Notes: a model not told the origin generated them from the letters alone. 64,000 nt of DNA from Planctomycetota bacterium (GCA_038227875.1 JBBRPR010000003.1:1-64000), one strand, 5' to 3'. Shown: positions 21,529 to 31,872, numbered from the stretch's first letter. Program-made: numbers and translations.

Positions 21529-22893
21529 TTACACGCCGAAGTATTCCTTGTGCAGCGCTTCGCAGGTCGGCGTGATTTCGGAATTGTTCACCAGGAAGGT
21601 GATGTTGATTTCGCTGGCGCCCTGCGAAATCATCTGCAGGCTCACGCCGGAGTTCGCCACGGCCTTGAACGTCCGCGCGGCCAGACCCACCGAATGCTTC
21701 ATCCCTTCGCCAACCACCGCGACGATGCACTTTTCCTTCAGGATCTCGACCTTGCTGGCCAGTTCCTGCAGGTCCTTCTCGAGATGGCCGAGACGTTCCG
21801 GATCGGTGACGTTCGTGGTCAGTGAGACGCTGACTTCGCTGGTCGAGATCATGTCGATGACGATGTGGTGCCGCTCGAAGATCGCGAACATGCGGGCCAT
21901 GAAGCCTTCCATCCCCAGCATGCGTTCGCTGCGGACGTTGATCAGCACCTGGTCTTCCTTGTAAACGATGCACTTGATCGGGTACTTCAGGTCGATCTCG
22001 GCCTTGTTGGTGATCAGCGTGCCCGGTGCATCCGGATCGAACGTGTGGAGCACGCGCACGGGGATGTCGTGCATGATCGCCGGCACCATCGTCGCGGGAT
22101 GGAGCACTTCCGCGCCGTAGTACGCCAGTTCGGAGGCTTCTTCGAAGCTCAAGCGCGCCAGCGGCCGCACGCCCTTGATCAGCGTCGGATCGCAGCTCAT
22201 CACTCCCGGCACGTCCTTCCAGACCTGAATTTCCTTGGTGCGCAGCGCGGCGCCGAAAATCGCGGCGGAGAAATCCGAACCCGAGCGGCCGATCGTGGTA
22301 ATGTCGCCGTTCTTGTCCTTGGCGATGAAGCCGGTGACGACCAGCAGTTTGCCCTTGTACTGCTTAGTGTAGATCTCGTTGATGCGCTCGTAGCTTTCCG
22401 GCAGCGGGCGTGCGTTTTTGAAGCGCGAATCGGTGAGCAGGCCCAGATCATACGCATCGACGGCTTCCGCGTCCTTGTGGCCGCGGGTCTTCAGCAGCGC
22501 CGCCAAGCATCGCGACGAGAGCCGTTCGCCGAAGCTCGCCACGTAGTCGTACAAGCGCGGCGTGACTTCCTTGACCATGTGGATGCCTTTGAGCAGGTCG
22601 TGGAGTTCGCCCAGCAGCTTTTCGGCGATGGAGCGCGGCAACTTCAAACCGTCGAGAATTTCGTAGTGGCCATCGGCGATCGCTTTGAACGGTCCATCGA
22701 TGTCGCCGCGCACGGCCTTGGCAGCGGCTTCCAGAAGGCGGTCGGTCGTCTTCAGCGACTTGGACTTATGCGCGGAGGCGATGATCAGCGGGTTTTCGCC
22801 CGTGCGCTTGATCTCGCGCTCCACCAGTTCCGCACATTCCGTAATCGCCTTGGGGCTCCCCATAGACGTACCGCCAAACTTCATGACGTTCAT
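21529..22893 (-). CDS. lysC: Aspartate kinase
   Basis: VMKFGGTSMG, SFGERLS, TTIGRSGSDFSA, ELAYYGAEVLHP; two ACT domains. Confidence 0.97.
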   Translation of the reverse strand: MNVMKFGGTSMGSPKAITECAELVEREIKRTGENPLIIASAHKSKSLKTTDRLLEAAAKAVRGDIDGPFKAIADGHYEILDGLKLPRSIAEKLLGELHDLLKGIHMVKEVTPRLYDYVASFGERLSSRCLAALLKTRGHKDAEAVDAYDLGLLTDSRFKNARPLPESYERINEIYTKQYKGKLLVVTGFIAKDKNGDITTIGRSGSDFSAAIFGAALRTKEIQVWKDVPGVMSCDPTLIKGVRPLARLSFEEASELAYYGAEVLHPATMVPAIMHDIPVRVLHTFDPDAPGTLITNKAEIDLKYPIKCIVYKEDQVLINVRSERMLGMEGFMARMFAIFERHHIVIDMISTSEVSVSLTTNVTDPERLGHLEKDLQELASKVEILKEKCIVAVVGEGMKHSVGLAARTFKAVANSGVSLQMISQGASEINITFLVNNSEITPTCEALHKEYFGV

Positions 22894-22963
22894 GACGCGA
22901 TCCCTTCTGTACCCTGTCTACCCAAATTGGAGTGCCGCTGAAAACTCAGAGCCGCTCCACGCC

Positions 22964-23028
22964 AAAACAAAACCCGGCACGAAAGCCGGGATGACACAAT
23001 ACTTTAGAGGATCGGGGGCAGACGTCAA
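22964..23028 (-). promoter_or_regulatory. lysC promoter followed by a terminator-like hairpin
   Basis: TTGACG-N16-TAAAGT, then CCCGGC-tttcgt-GCCGGG-TTTTGTTTT. Confidence 0.5.
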
Positions 23029-23076
23029 GCGGCGCACAGGGAACAGAATGCGGGCCGCCAGAAAACAGAATTCCGG

Positions 23077-23898
23077 CTAGTAGCCGCGCTTGGTCATCCC
23101 TGCTGAAACCCCGCTCGCGGCGTCGTCCAGGACGTGCAGGTGCATCTTCTGAACATGAGGGGGAAGTTGCGCATAGGTTTTTCGCGTCACCGGCGTCCAG
23201 CCCACATTGCCGCCGTCGAGCCAGATTGGAAAATATGGATTCGATACGCCCAGCCGATGCTGATCGCTGGTGTTGGAGCCCGCCGCGTGCCAGAGCGCAT
23301 TGTCGAAGATCAGGCAGGAGCCGGCGGTGCCTTCGGCGCTGACGGCGTTTGCATAGTCTGCTTCGCCCAACTGGCCGGGGTCCGATTGCGAGCGGTGACT
23401 GAAGGGCAGCACGCGTGTCGCGCCGTTGGCCTGGGTGAAGTCCGTCAGCATCCACAGGCAATTGATGGCGAAGCACAGGTCGACGCGCGGCTTTTTGTTG
23501 GCGCCAAACCAGCCCATGGGCACGTCGGCATGCCAACCAAATCCCGCTGAGCCAGCATGGGGTTTGAGCCACAACGCGCCGGAAATTGACATCTGAAAAT
23601 TCATACCCAGCTTGTATTCGGCCAGCGCCAGGGCCACCGGGTTATCCAACAGCGGCACGAAGAGCTCAAAATCCGCGGAGGTCTCCAGCGCATTAAAGAC
23701 GCCGTGCAGGTTCTGCAGCGGCTTCTGCTCGTGCTCCGGATCTCGGCGCATCAGTTCCATCAGGCGCTGCGACATCCGGCCGGCCTTCTCGCGAGGAATG
23801 AGATTGGGCACGACGACATAGCCGAAGATGTCGAGGTCCCGCTTCAATTTCTCAAGGTCTACTCTCGGATCTGTGCTTGGCATGACGCTCATGATCAC
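23077..23898 (-). CDS. Phytanoyl-CoA dioxygenase (PhyH) family Fe(II)/2OG oxygenase
   Basis: WHAD, NGATRVLPFSH, LWHAAGSN.S...R; overlaps the end of the GntR gene. Confidence 0.92.
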   Translation of the reverse strand: MIMSVMPSTDPRVDLEKLKRDLDIFGYVVVPNLIPREKAGRMSQRLMELMRRDPEHEQKPLQNLHGVFNALETSADFELFVPLLDNPVALALAEYKLGMNFQMSISGALWLKPHAGSAGFGWHADVPMGWFGANKKPRVDLCFAINCLWMLTDFTQANGATRVLPFSHRSQSDPGQLGEADYANAVSAEGTAGSCLIFDNALWHAAGSNTSDQHRLGVSNPYFPIWLDGGNVGWTPVTRKTYAQLPPHVQKMHLHVLDDAASGVSAGMTKRGY

Positions 23899-24611
23899 TC
23901 CGCTCCGTCCGTGTTGATCGCGTTATTCGATGTCCGTTCGTATACGTCAAACGACTTCATCACCACGTTCTGCGCTTTTGCGACGTCGCCATCCCGCAGC
24001 GCCGCGATGATGCGCCGGTGAACGCGCACACCGGCTTCGCGATCGGAGCTCTTCGATCCAATCACCTGCTTGCGAAATCGCGCGAAGAAGGTGCGCAGCA
24101 ATTCAGTGAAGATGACCAGCGGCGCAATTCCCGCCGCATCGACGAGAGCCTGGTGAAAATCCAGATCGGCCTGCAGGTAAACGTTTGGATCGCTGAGGAT
24201 GTTCGCTCGCGTGGTAAACGCGTAGAGCCGATCGTAGACGTCCGGATCTTCCTGCATCTTTCGCATTACCAGGGGCAGCACGCCCATCTCGATCGCCATG
24301 CGCGCATGCAACAATTGGGCATCCGGGTAGTGGCTGACCACGGCGTGGAAATCAAGGCATTCGCCGAGCTTTCCCAAGTCGAGCTGACCGACGGTCAGGC
24401 CGCGGCGCTGGCTGGATTGCACGATCCCCAGGTAACGCAGCGCGCGGAGCGCCTCCCGGATGCTCAGTCGGCTTACTCCGAATTGCACAGCGAGTTCCTG
24501 CTCGGTCGCCAGTTTGTCGCCGGGCTTAAGCTTCCCGGCGACAATCAGCGCCTTGAGCCGGCTGACGATTTCATCATTGAGCGAACGGCGTGCGATCAGC
24601 GTATTTGTCAT
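23895..24611 (-). CDS. GntR/FadR family regulator (FCD domain)
   Basis: LKPGDKLATEQELAVQFGVSRLSIREAL; DLDFHQAL; HRRIIAAL. Confidence 0.95.
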   Translation of the reverse strand: MTNTLIARRSLNDEIVSRLKALIVAGKLKPGDKLATEQELAVQFGVSRLSIREALRALRYLGIVQSSQRRGLTVGQLDLGKLGECLDFHAVVSHYPDAQLLHARMAIEMGVLPLVMRKMQEDPDVYDRLYAFTTRANILSDPNVYLQADLDFHQALVDAAGIAPLVIFTELLRTFFARFRKQVIGSKSSDREAGVRVHRRIIAALRDGDVAKAQNVVMKSFDVYERTSNNAINTDGAE

Positions 24612-24635
24612 ATAATATGGTCATATGTCATATTG
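24607..24635. promoter_or_regulatory. Probable GntR autoregulatory operator
   Basis: Three ATATGAC copies on the minus strand, forming the near-palindrome aatatggtcatatgtcatatt that overlaps the start region. Confidence 0.5.
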
Positions 24636-25604
24636 AGCGGGAGTCAATAGGGATTTCTGTTCCACTACCGTGACGCTGGCAACGAAGCCATCCTTGATGA
24701 TCAGTCGCATCCAGTCCGACAGCAGTGGCCCGGAGTGGGCCAGTCCCGGCAGCGCGGCGAGCGCGTAAAAGAGCATCCGCGGCGCGCCGCGCGCGATCTG
24801 CTCTTCGACGAGCAGGGGCGTTCCCAGAATTTCGCGCACCGCGCCTTCCGGCTTGCGGGCCAGCATCGCGCGGGCGTGGTTGGACAATCCCAGCCGTGCC
24901 ATCGCGCGCAGTTCCGGGTTCGTCTCGCCATTCAGCAGCGTCAGCAACGTCTGCCGCGCGCCGAAATCGGCGAGCTGATTGCCGAGCAGGTACGTGGCCT
25001 CGCGACGCACTTTGAAACTCGCGTCGTTCAAACACGCATGCTGCACAAGTTTCACATGCTCCGCTTCCAACGGAGCGCCGTTGCAGCGCTCACAGCCCAA
25101 CGAATGAATGATGTTGCGGCGCACCCGAGGTACGGGGTCGGAGGCGTGCTGATGCAGCGCCTCGATGCCACGCGCGTGGCGGTGGCGGTCGAAGTATCCG
25201 GCGCATGCAGCACGCACCCGTGGCGAGCGGTGCTTCAGCCCGGCGATCAACGCGTCGACGGCCCGTTCGCCGCAACGCGCCAGCGCCGGTTCGGATGTCC
25301 ACTCCGGCAGCAACTCAATCAATTGCTGCAGCACCGCGTGAACGGGCATCGTTTCCGCTGGCGCGCCATGAATGAAATTCAACGCAGCGACGCGGTGCAG
25401 CAACTGCGTCCAGCTGCGCAACCCGTATTCCCGCGCGAGCGCGGTTTGAGCCTTCGACAACGACACGTCTGAACTGGTCGCACAAAGCTTCGACAGGCGC
25501 GCAATAGCTTCCGGCTGGCCGGCACGAAAATCCTTAAGCAGCGTTTTGGCCTGAAGCTTGAGATGACGGAGATCGGGCGGGTGTGGCAGACGGCGCGAGG
25601 GCAT
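24621..25604 (-). CDS. HEAT-repeat protein with N-terminal 'LP..PDL.HLK.QAK...AQ..LAREYG..SW' domain
   Basis: ATG 25604 after AAAGGAGG; HEAT motifs LKHRSPRVRA, SDPVPRVRR, NDASFKVRRE. Confidence 0.85.
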   Translation of the reverse strand: MPSRRLPHPPDLRHLKLQAKTLLKDFRAGQPEAIARLSKLCATSSDVSLSKAQTALAREYGLRSWTQLLHRVAALNFIHGAPAETMPVHAVLQQLIELLPEWTSEPALARCGERAVDALIAGLKHRSPRVRAACAGYFDRHRHARGIEALHQHASDPVPRVRRNIIHSLGCERCNGAPLEAEHVKLVQHACLNDASFKVRREATYLLGNQLADFGARQTLLTLLNGETNPELRAMARLGLSNHARAMLARKPEGAVREILGTPLLVEEQIARGAPRMLFYALAALPGLAHSGPLLSDWMRLIIKDGFVASVTVVEQKSLLTPAQYDI

Positions 25605-25735
25605 AAAGCCTCCTTTCAAGGGATTGCCCGGCATCCGCACGTCAGGCTGAAAGAAGGTCGATGAATTGTCGTCGGTCGCGAACAACAGGTGGACTTATGT
25701 CCTTCCCGCGGATGGGATGCGCCCTGCCAGCGCGT
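25605..25735 (-). ncRNA. Candidate structured cis-regulatory leader RNA
   Basis: Nested pairings CATCCGC/GCGGATG, GAAGG/CCTTC, GGAC-ATAA-GTCC, TTGTT/GACAA and CAGGG/CCCTTG beside the RBS; perfect TTGACA just upstream. Confidence 0.45.
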
Positions 25736-25793
25736 AGACACTTAATCCCATGAATTGCAGCCTGTCAATAATTCGGGCGGCGAATTTCGGCGA

Positions 25794-28085
25794 TTAGTTT
25801 TTCGGCGGGCCTTCGCGGTAATCCTGCTTGCTCTCGTAGAGCTTCTTGCGCGCCGCGATGAGGTCGGCGAAGGCGGCGTGATTCTGTTCGCGCGCGAGGG
25901 CTTCGGCGCGGCCGGCCACCTCCGCGGCCTCCTGGAATTTTCCCGCGGCCGCCAGCGCGGCGGCCCGCACATCCAGCAGCCACTCCGGCGTGTTTGGCGG
26001 CGGCGACAATTTCAGCGCGCGATCGGAGAGCATCAACGCATCCTCCGGCGCGCGCACAGTCGCGTCGCTGGTCGTCGCCAGCAGCCACGCGCAACGCGCG
26101 AGCGCCGCAGGCCAGTCGGGGCGCGCTTGAATGGCGAGGCGGTAATGTTTGGCCGCCAGTGGCGCCTGCCCAGCGGCGGCGAGTAACTCGGCGAGTCGGA
26201 AGTTGGCGCCAGGATTGGCGGGTTCAATTTCCAGCGCGCGCAAAAACTTCTCGCCAGCACCCTGCCGGTCGTTGCTCGCGGACAGCGCGATGCCCCAATT
26301 CACGAACGCGTCCGCATAATTCGGATCGAGCGAACAGGCTCGGGCGAACTGCTCCAGCGCCTCAGCGGACTTGCCGATTTGCGCCAGCGCCGCGCCATAC
26401 GAATTCACGGTTTTCGCATTTGCCGGATTCAGTTCCAGGGCGCGGCGGTAGTGTTCCAACGCTTCGGCGGTTCGGCCGGAACTCATCAGCGCGCCGGCCA
26501 GATCGGCATGCGCCACGTCGAAGGCCTCATTCACACGCAATGCCGCTTCGTACGCCTTGATCGCATCGGTGCCACGCCCCTGCTTCAACAGCAGTCCGCC
26601 GAGTTGGTAGAAGTACTTCGGTTCGCCGGGATTCATAGCGATGGCTTTGTTGTAGAGACGCTCGGCTTCAGCCACATCGCCCATTCGGTCCAGCGCACCG
26701 GCGAGGTTGCCAGTGGCTTCGATGTACTGCGGGTAGATCTTCAGCGCTTCGCGGTAATGATGCGCGGCGTTGTCGTCATCGCCACGCGCCATCAGCACAT
26801 TGCCATAATTACAATGCGCCATCCAGCATTCGGGATTCTTGTCGAGCGTGTCGAGCCACAACGTCTCCAGATTCTGATACGCGTGCGCCTGCCGCCACGT
26901 GAGGCTGCCACACGACAGCAGCACGACCGCGGCCTGAATCCAGCGCGCTTTCGTGAGCCGCGGCGCGACGACCGCGACCAGCAGCACCATCAGAAAGACA
27001 CTGGCGAGGTACTGAAAGTGGTCGGCGACGAACGAGAAGCGATGCGGGTAGACGTTGAAAAAGCCGAGCGCCGGCAGCAGCGTTCCGGCGAAGCAAAGCA
27101 CCGCGACCAGCGGCCCGCGTCCAATCCGGTTGCGCAACGCGAACAGTGTTGCGATCACCGCAACGGCCGCCAACGGAAAGAGCCACTGCCAGAGCACCGA
27201 CGCGTCGACGTGCCAGCGTTCGTAGATGAAGGAAAGCGGCGTCGGCCAAACCAGTTTGGTCGCGTAGAACCAGAGCGCCCTCCCGGCGACGAGAATGCGT
27301 TCGGGGGCGCTCAGGTTGAATTCCGTGCCGACTGCGCCGACGTACTTTTTCTCCAGCCACGCCGTGAGCAGCCCCATGCACAGACCCACGGCGAAAAACG
27401 GCGCTGTGCGCGCGACGTCGCGAACACCGATGCGGCCGCGCCGCCACCAGATCAAGAGCAGGATTACTGCCGGCAGCGAACACGTCACTGTTTTGCTCAG
27501 CAGCGCCGCGATGAATAGTATCAACGCCGCCACATACCACTTTTTCGCGGACGGCAGCGGCTGCGGTGCTCCCAGTTGCACGGAATCCGGCGGCGGGAGC
27601 GGATCAAAGCGGAGCCACGCGTGAAGCGCCAACAGATAAAAAAATCCGGAGAGGACATTCTTGCGCTCCGTGATCCACGCCACCGATTCCACTTCGACCG
27701 GATGGAGCAGAAACAGCGCCACCGCGAACGCCGCGCCAGGAAGTTGCAGCCGCTTCAACAGCTTCCACAACAACGCCGCATTGAGCGCGTGAAGCAGCAG
27801 ATTGACGCAGTGAAACCCAAGCGTGTGGAGTCCCCACAAATGCGTCTCAATCCAGAAGCTGGTGAAAACGAGCGGATAAAATTGAGTCCGGGCGGTGGGG
27901 TCCGTCCAGATTTTCACCAGCCCCGCCCACGATTTGAGCGTCGCGTTTTTGCTGACGTACGCGTCGTCATCCCAGATGAACCCGCCGGTCAGCGCCGGCG
28001 CGTAGGCTGCGATGTAAACGATGAGCAGGCAGGCGATGGCGCCAGGAAAATAGAATCGCGAGCGGGTGAGAGCCGGTTCGGGCAT
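25794..28085 (-). CDS. TMTC-like GT-C membrane glycosyltransferase with C-terminal TPRs
   Basis: GGFIWDDDAYV, HPVEVESVAWITERK, ALLSKT, VADHFQY; about 10 TMs followed by many TPRs. Confidence 0.88.
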   Translation of the reverse strand: MPEPALTRSRFYFPGAIACLLIVYIAAYAPALTGGFIWDDDAYVSKNATLKSWAGLVKIWTDPTARTQFYPLVFTSFWIETHLWGLHTLGFHCVNLLLHALNAALLWKLLKRLQLPGAAFAVALFLLHPVEVESVAWITERKNVLSGFFYLLALHAWLRFDPLPPPDSVQLGAPQPLPSAKKWYVAALILFIAALLSKTVTCSLPAVILLLIWWRRGRIGVRDVARTAPFFAVGLCMGLLTAWLEKKYVGAVGTEFNLSAPERILVAGRALWFYATKLVWPTPLSFIYERWHVDASVLWQWLFPLAAVAVIATLFALRNRIGRGPLVAVLCFAGTLLPALGFFNVYPHRFSFVADHFQYLASVFLMVLLVAVVAPRLTKARWIQAAVVLLSCGSLTWRQAHAYQNLETLWLDTLDKNPECWMAHCNYGNVLMARGDDDNAAHHYREALKIYPQYIEATGNLAGALDRMGDVAEAERLYNKAIAMNPGEPKYFYQLGGLLLKQGRGTDAIKAYEAALRVNEAFDVAHADLAGALMSSGRTAEALEHYRRALELNPANAKTVNSYGAALAQIGKSAEALEQFARACSLDPNYADAFVNWGIALSASNDRQGAGEKFLRALEIEPANPGANFRLAELLAAAGQAPLAAKHYRLAIQARPDWPAALARCAWLLATTSDATVRAPEDALMLSDRALKLSPPPNTPEWLLDVRAAALAAAGKFQEAAEVAGRAEALAREQNHAAFADLIAARKKLYESKQDYREGPPKN

Positions 28086-28089
28086 GTTT

Positions 28090-28118
28090 GCCCTTTGTAG
28101 TCCGGGCGGCTCGCCCGG
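28090..28118. repeat. REP-like element (GTAG + palindrome)
   Basis: gccctttGTAGtccgggcggctcgcccgg; matches the copies at 54282 and 54381. Confidence 0.8.
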
Positions 28119-28139
28119 TCATCTTGAAAACTGCAATTC

Positions 28140-28913
28140 TTACGCGTCCCCAACCGACTCCGTCTTCTGTTCCTTCAGCGCCGCCGCGGTGATGTACTCG
28201 CGGTTCAGGCGGGCGATGTTGGAGAGCGAAATCTTCTTCGGGCACTTCGCTTCGCATTCGCCTTCGTTGGTGCAGTTGCCGAAACCTTCGGTGTCCATCG
28301 TGTCGACCATGCGCAGCACGCGGGAGCGGCGTTCGGCCTGGCCCTGCGGCAGCAGCGCGAACTGCGAGACCTTGGCGCTGGTGAAGAGCATCGCCGAGGC
28401 GTTTTTGCAGCTGGCCACGCACGCGCCGCAGCCGATGCACTGCGCGGCGGCAAACGACTTGTCGGCGTCGACTTTCGGGATCGGCAGTGCGTTGCCATCG
28501 GGGGCGTTGCCGGTGTTGACGGAAATGTACCCGCCGGACTGAATGATGCGATCGAACGCGGCGCGGTCGACGACGAGGTCCTTCATCACGGGAAACGCGC
28601 GCGCGCGGAACGGTTCGACCACAATCGTGGCGCCGTCCTGGAATTTGCGCATGTACAACTGGCAGGTGGTCACGCCCGGTTCCGGGCCGTGCGGCAGGCC
28701 GTCGATCATCACGCCGCAGCTTCCGCAGATGCCTTCACGGCAATCGTGTTCGAACGCAATCGCCGGCTGGCCGCTGGCTTCCAGCTCGTTGTTGACGATG
28801 TCGAGCATTTCCAGAAACGAAGCATCCGGCGAAATGTCCTTCGCCTGGTACGTTTCGATGCGCCCCGCGTCGCTTGCGTTCTTCTGCCGCCACACTTTTA
28901 AAGTGAAGTTCAT
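28140..28913 (-). CDS. sdhB: Succinate dehydrogenase/fumarate reductase iron-sulfur subunit
   Basis: CREGICGSC...[24 protein letters not shown]. Confidence 0.97.
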   Translation of the reverse strand: MNFTLKVWRQKNASDAGRIETYQAKDISPDASFLEMLDIVNNELEASGQPAIAFEHDCREGICGSCGVMIDGLPHGPEPGVTTCQLYMRKFQDGATIVVEPFRARAFPVMKDLVVDRAAFDRIIQSGGYISVNTGNAPDGNALPIPKVDADKSFAAAQCIGCGACVASCKNASAMLFTSAKVSQFALLPQGQAERRSRVLRMVDTMDTEGFGNCTNEGECEAKCPKKISLSNIARLNREYITAAALKEQKTESVGDA

Positions 28914-28962
28914 GACTGACTCCGCTGAATTCCAACTCTCAACTTTCGACCTCTCAACTCAC

Positions 28963-30885
28963 TCACTTGTAACTGCGTTCGTCCGGCTTCACGCGCTCGA
29001 AGTTCAGCTTCTCTTCGTTGCGCACGGGCGTTTCGTCCTTGCCTTTGTATTCCCATGCGGCGACGTGCGCGAAGTTCCCGTCGTCGCGCTGGCACTCGCC
29101 TTCCTTCTGGAATTCCTCGCGGAAATGGCCGCCGCAGGATTCGCGGCGTTCCAGCGCGTCACGCGCGGTCAGTTCACCGAACTCGAGGAAGTCCGCGACG
29201 CGGCCGGCGCGTTCGAGCACCTGGTTGATCTCGCCCTGGTCGCCGGTGACGCTGACGTTCTTCCAGAACTCTTCGCGCAGCGCGGGAATTTTCTGGAGCA
29301 GCTCTTTGAGGCCCGCTTCGTTGCGCGCCATGCCGCACTTGTCCCACATCAGCTGACCCAGTTCGCGGTGGAAGCTGTCGACCGTGCGCTTGCCCTTGAT
29401 CGACAGGAACGTGTTGAGCCGCTGGGTCACTTCCGCCTCGGCGGCCTTGACCGCCGGATGATTCGTGTCGATCTTCCAGCCGGGCTTCTTGCCGGCGGTG
29501 GTGGAGAGGTAGTTGGCGATGCTGAACGGAATCACGAAGTAACCGTCAGCCAGACCTTGCATCAGGGCGCTGGCGCCCAGACGGTTGGCGCCGTGGTCGG
29601 AGAAATTCGCTTCGCCCATCACGAACATGCCGGGAATGGTGCTCATCAGATTGTAGTCGACCCACAGCCCACCCATCGTGTAATGGACGGCCGGGTAGAT
29701 TCGCATCGGCTGAGCGTACGCGTTTTCGCCGGTGATCTCGTTGTACATGTGAAAGAGATTGCCGTACTTCTCTTTCACCTTGGGCTCGCCGTCGCGCTTG
29801 ATCGCGTCGCGGAAATCCAGGTACACACCCTTGCCGCCGGGGCCGACGCCGCGGCCCTGGTCGCACTGCTCCTTGGCCGCGCGCGAAGCGATGTCGCGCG
29901 GCGCGAGATTACCGTATGACGGGTATTTTCGTTCCAGGAAGTAATCGCGATCGTCGTCGGGAATCTGATCGGCCTTGCGGTTGTCGCCCTGCTTCTTTGG
30001 CACCCAGACGCGGCCGTCGTTGCGCAAACTTTCGCTCATCAGCGTCAGCTTCGACTGGTAGTCGCCGGCGACGGGAATACAGGTCGGGTGAATCTGCGTG
30101 TAGCAGGGGTTGGCCATGAACGCGCCCCTCTTATAGGCGCGCCAGATGGCCGTGACGTTGCAGCCCTTGGCGTTGGTCGAGAGATAGAAGACGTTGCCGT
30201 AACCGCCCGTCGCCAGGCACACCGCGTCGGCGACGAACGATTCGATCTTCCCGGTCTCCAGGTCTCGCGTGACGATACCCCGAGCCAGGCCGTCGACGAC
30301 GATCAGGTCGAGCATTTCGTGGCGCGCGAAGACTTTCACTTTGCCCGCGTCGACCTGGCGCGACATGGCGCTGTACGCGCCCAGCAGCAGCTGCTGGCCG
30401 GTCTGTCCGGCCGCGTAAAACGTGCGCGAAAGCTGCGAACCGCCGAACGAACGGTTGGCCAGCAGGCCGCCGTATTCACGCGCGAACGGAACGCCGATCG
30501 CCACGCAGTGGTCGATGATCTTCACCGACAACTGCGCGAGACGGTAGACGTTGGCTTCGCGGGCGCGGTAGTCGCCGCCCTTCATCGTGTCGTAGAAGAG
30601 CTTGTAGACGCTGTCGCCGTCGTTCTGGTAATTCTTGGCCGCGTTGATGCCGCCCTGCGCGGCGATGGAATGGGCGCGGCGGGGTGAATCCTGGAAGCAG
30701 AACGATTGAACGTTGTAACCCAGCTCACCGAGGCTCGCGGCGGCCGACGCGCCGGCCAGTCCCGTGCCGACGATGATCACCGTGTACTTGCGGCGGTTGG
30801 CAGGGTTGACGAGCTTGGTTTCAAACTGCCGGTTGTCCCATTTCTTTTCGAGATCGCCGGAAGGAATCTTTGCGTCGAGTGTCAT
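28963..30885 (-). CDS. sdhA: Succinate dehydrogenase/fumarate reductase flavoprotein
   Basis: [18 protein letters not shown] (FAD-binding His), [26 protein letters not shown]. Confidence 0.98.
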   Translation of the reverse strand: MTLDAKIPSGDLEKKWDNRQFETKLVNPANRRKYTVIIVGTGLAGASAAASLGELGYNVQSFCFQDSPRRAHSIAAQGGINAAKNYQNDGDSVYKLFYDTMKGGDYRAREANVYRLAQLSVKIIDHCVAIGVPFAREYGGLLANRSFGGSQLSRTFYAAGQTGQQLLLGAYSAMSRQVDAGKVKVFARHEMLDLIVVDGLARGIVTRDLETGKIESFVADAVCLATGGYGNVFYLSTNAKGCNVTAIWRAYKRGAFMANPCYTQIHPTCIPVAGDYQSKLTLMSESLRNDGRVWVPKKQGDNRKADQIPDDDRDYFLERKYPSYGNLAPRDIASRAAKEQCDQGRGVGPGGKGVYLDFRDAIKRDGEPKVKEKYGNLFHMYNEITGENAYAQPMRIYPAVHYTMGGLWVDYNLMSTIPGMFVMGEANFSDHGANRLGASALMQGLADGYFVIPFSIANYLSTTAGKKPGWKIDTNHPAVKAAEAEVTQRLNTFLSIKGKRTVDSFHRELGQLMWDKCGMARNEAGLKELLQKIPALREEFWKNVSVTGDQGEINQVLERAGRVADFLEFGELTARDALERRESCGGHFREEFQKEGECQRDDGNFAHVAAWEYKGKDETPVRNEEKLNFERVKPDERSYK

Positions 30886-30943
30886 TTCAAAAGTCCTGAG
30901 TAGTGAGTTCCACGTCTGTCGGGTCTACTTGAGGCGACTGCCG

Positions 30944-31627
30944 CTACTTCTTGTCTTCCATGATCATGAACTGCGCCGCGGGTCTGGCATCGGGAGCCGG
31001 CTTGACCAGCAGCGCGTAAAGCGGCAACGAAGCGAAGCCCAGCGCGATGCCCCAGCCGATCAGCGCGCCCACCACGCGGCTGTTCGCGCGCCAGTGCGGT
31101 TTCAGAATGCCCAGCGTCTGCAGGATGCTCGACGCGCCGTGACTCAAGTGCGTGCCGAGAATCAGCATGAACACCACGTAACCGAGGGCGTAAACGGGAT
31201 TGGAGAAGGTGTTGACGACCAATTCCCACAGCACCGTGACGCCATGGTCCTTCTTCGCACCGAGCTTGAAATGGATGATGTGGAAGACGACGAAAATCAG
31301 GATCAGCACGCCGGTGATCATCATCGTCCGCGACGCGAACGTGGACTGCCCGGCCGTGTTCTTGACCTGGTACGCGATCGGCCGCGCGGCCTTGTTTTCC
31401 AGCGTGACCTTGATCGCCAGCACGATATGCGCAACGAAGATGGCCGAGAGCCCCAGCTCGGCGACAATCAGCAGCAAGCCCAGATGTTCCAGGTTATCGG
31501 CATACAGATTGAACGCGCCGGAACCCTTGAAAATGAGCAGGTTGCCGGCCAGGTGCGTGACGAGGAATCCCAGCAGCCCCAGGCCGGTGAGCGCCATGAA
31601 AAACTTTTTCAAAATCGATCGCATCAT
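30944..31627 (-). CDS. sdhC: Succinate dehydrogenase cytochrome b558 subunit (single 5-TM anchor)
   Basis: KKFFMALTG..HLAGNL; four His-bearing TM helices; first gene of sdhCAB. Confidence 0.93.
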   Translation of the reverse strand: MMRSILKKFFMALTGLGLLGFLVTHLAGNLLIFKGSGAFNLYADNLEHLGLLLIVAELGLSAIFVAHIVLAIKVTLENKAARPIAYQVKNTAGQSTFASRTMMITGVLILIFVVFHIIHFKLGAKKDHGVTVLWELVVNTFSNPVYALGYVVFMLILGTHLSHGASSILQTLGILKPHWRANSRVVGALIGWGIALGFASLPLYALLVKPAPDARPAAQFMIMEDKK

Positions 31628-31633
31628 CAATGA

Positions 31634-31661
31634 AACCTAATGAATCACAACGGGTTGTCAA
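31634..31661 (-). promoter_or_regulatory. sdhCAB promoter, probably leaderless
   Basis: TTGACA-N16-TAGGTT-N6-ATG; no SD sequence. Confidence 0.55.
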
Positions 31662-31872
31662 AAAAGGCATGCGTGCAGGCAGGCCGCGAGAACGAGTTTG
31701 AAATTTAACCTAGTCAGTGCGCTCAATTCCGTCAATAAACATTCGCTCAATCCAAGCTTCTTATGTCACAAACTACATAGGATAAGTTGAGCTAATGAAT
31801 AAAAAAGAAAGGCACGAAGTCCCGTCCTACACGGGTATAGTGCCATTGCACGTCCTTGCGGATTGGAATTGT

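Noticed and set aside
22894..23076. Lysine riboswitch upstream of lysC
   Set aside because: The leader is too short and lacks a recognisable L-box architecture.
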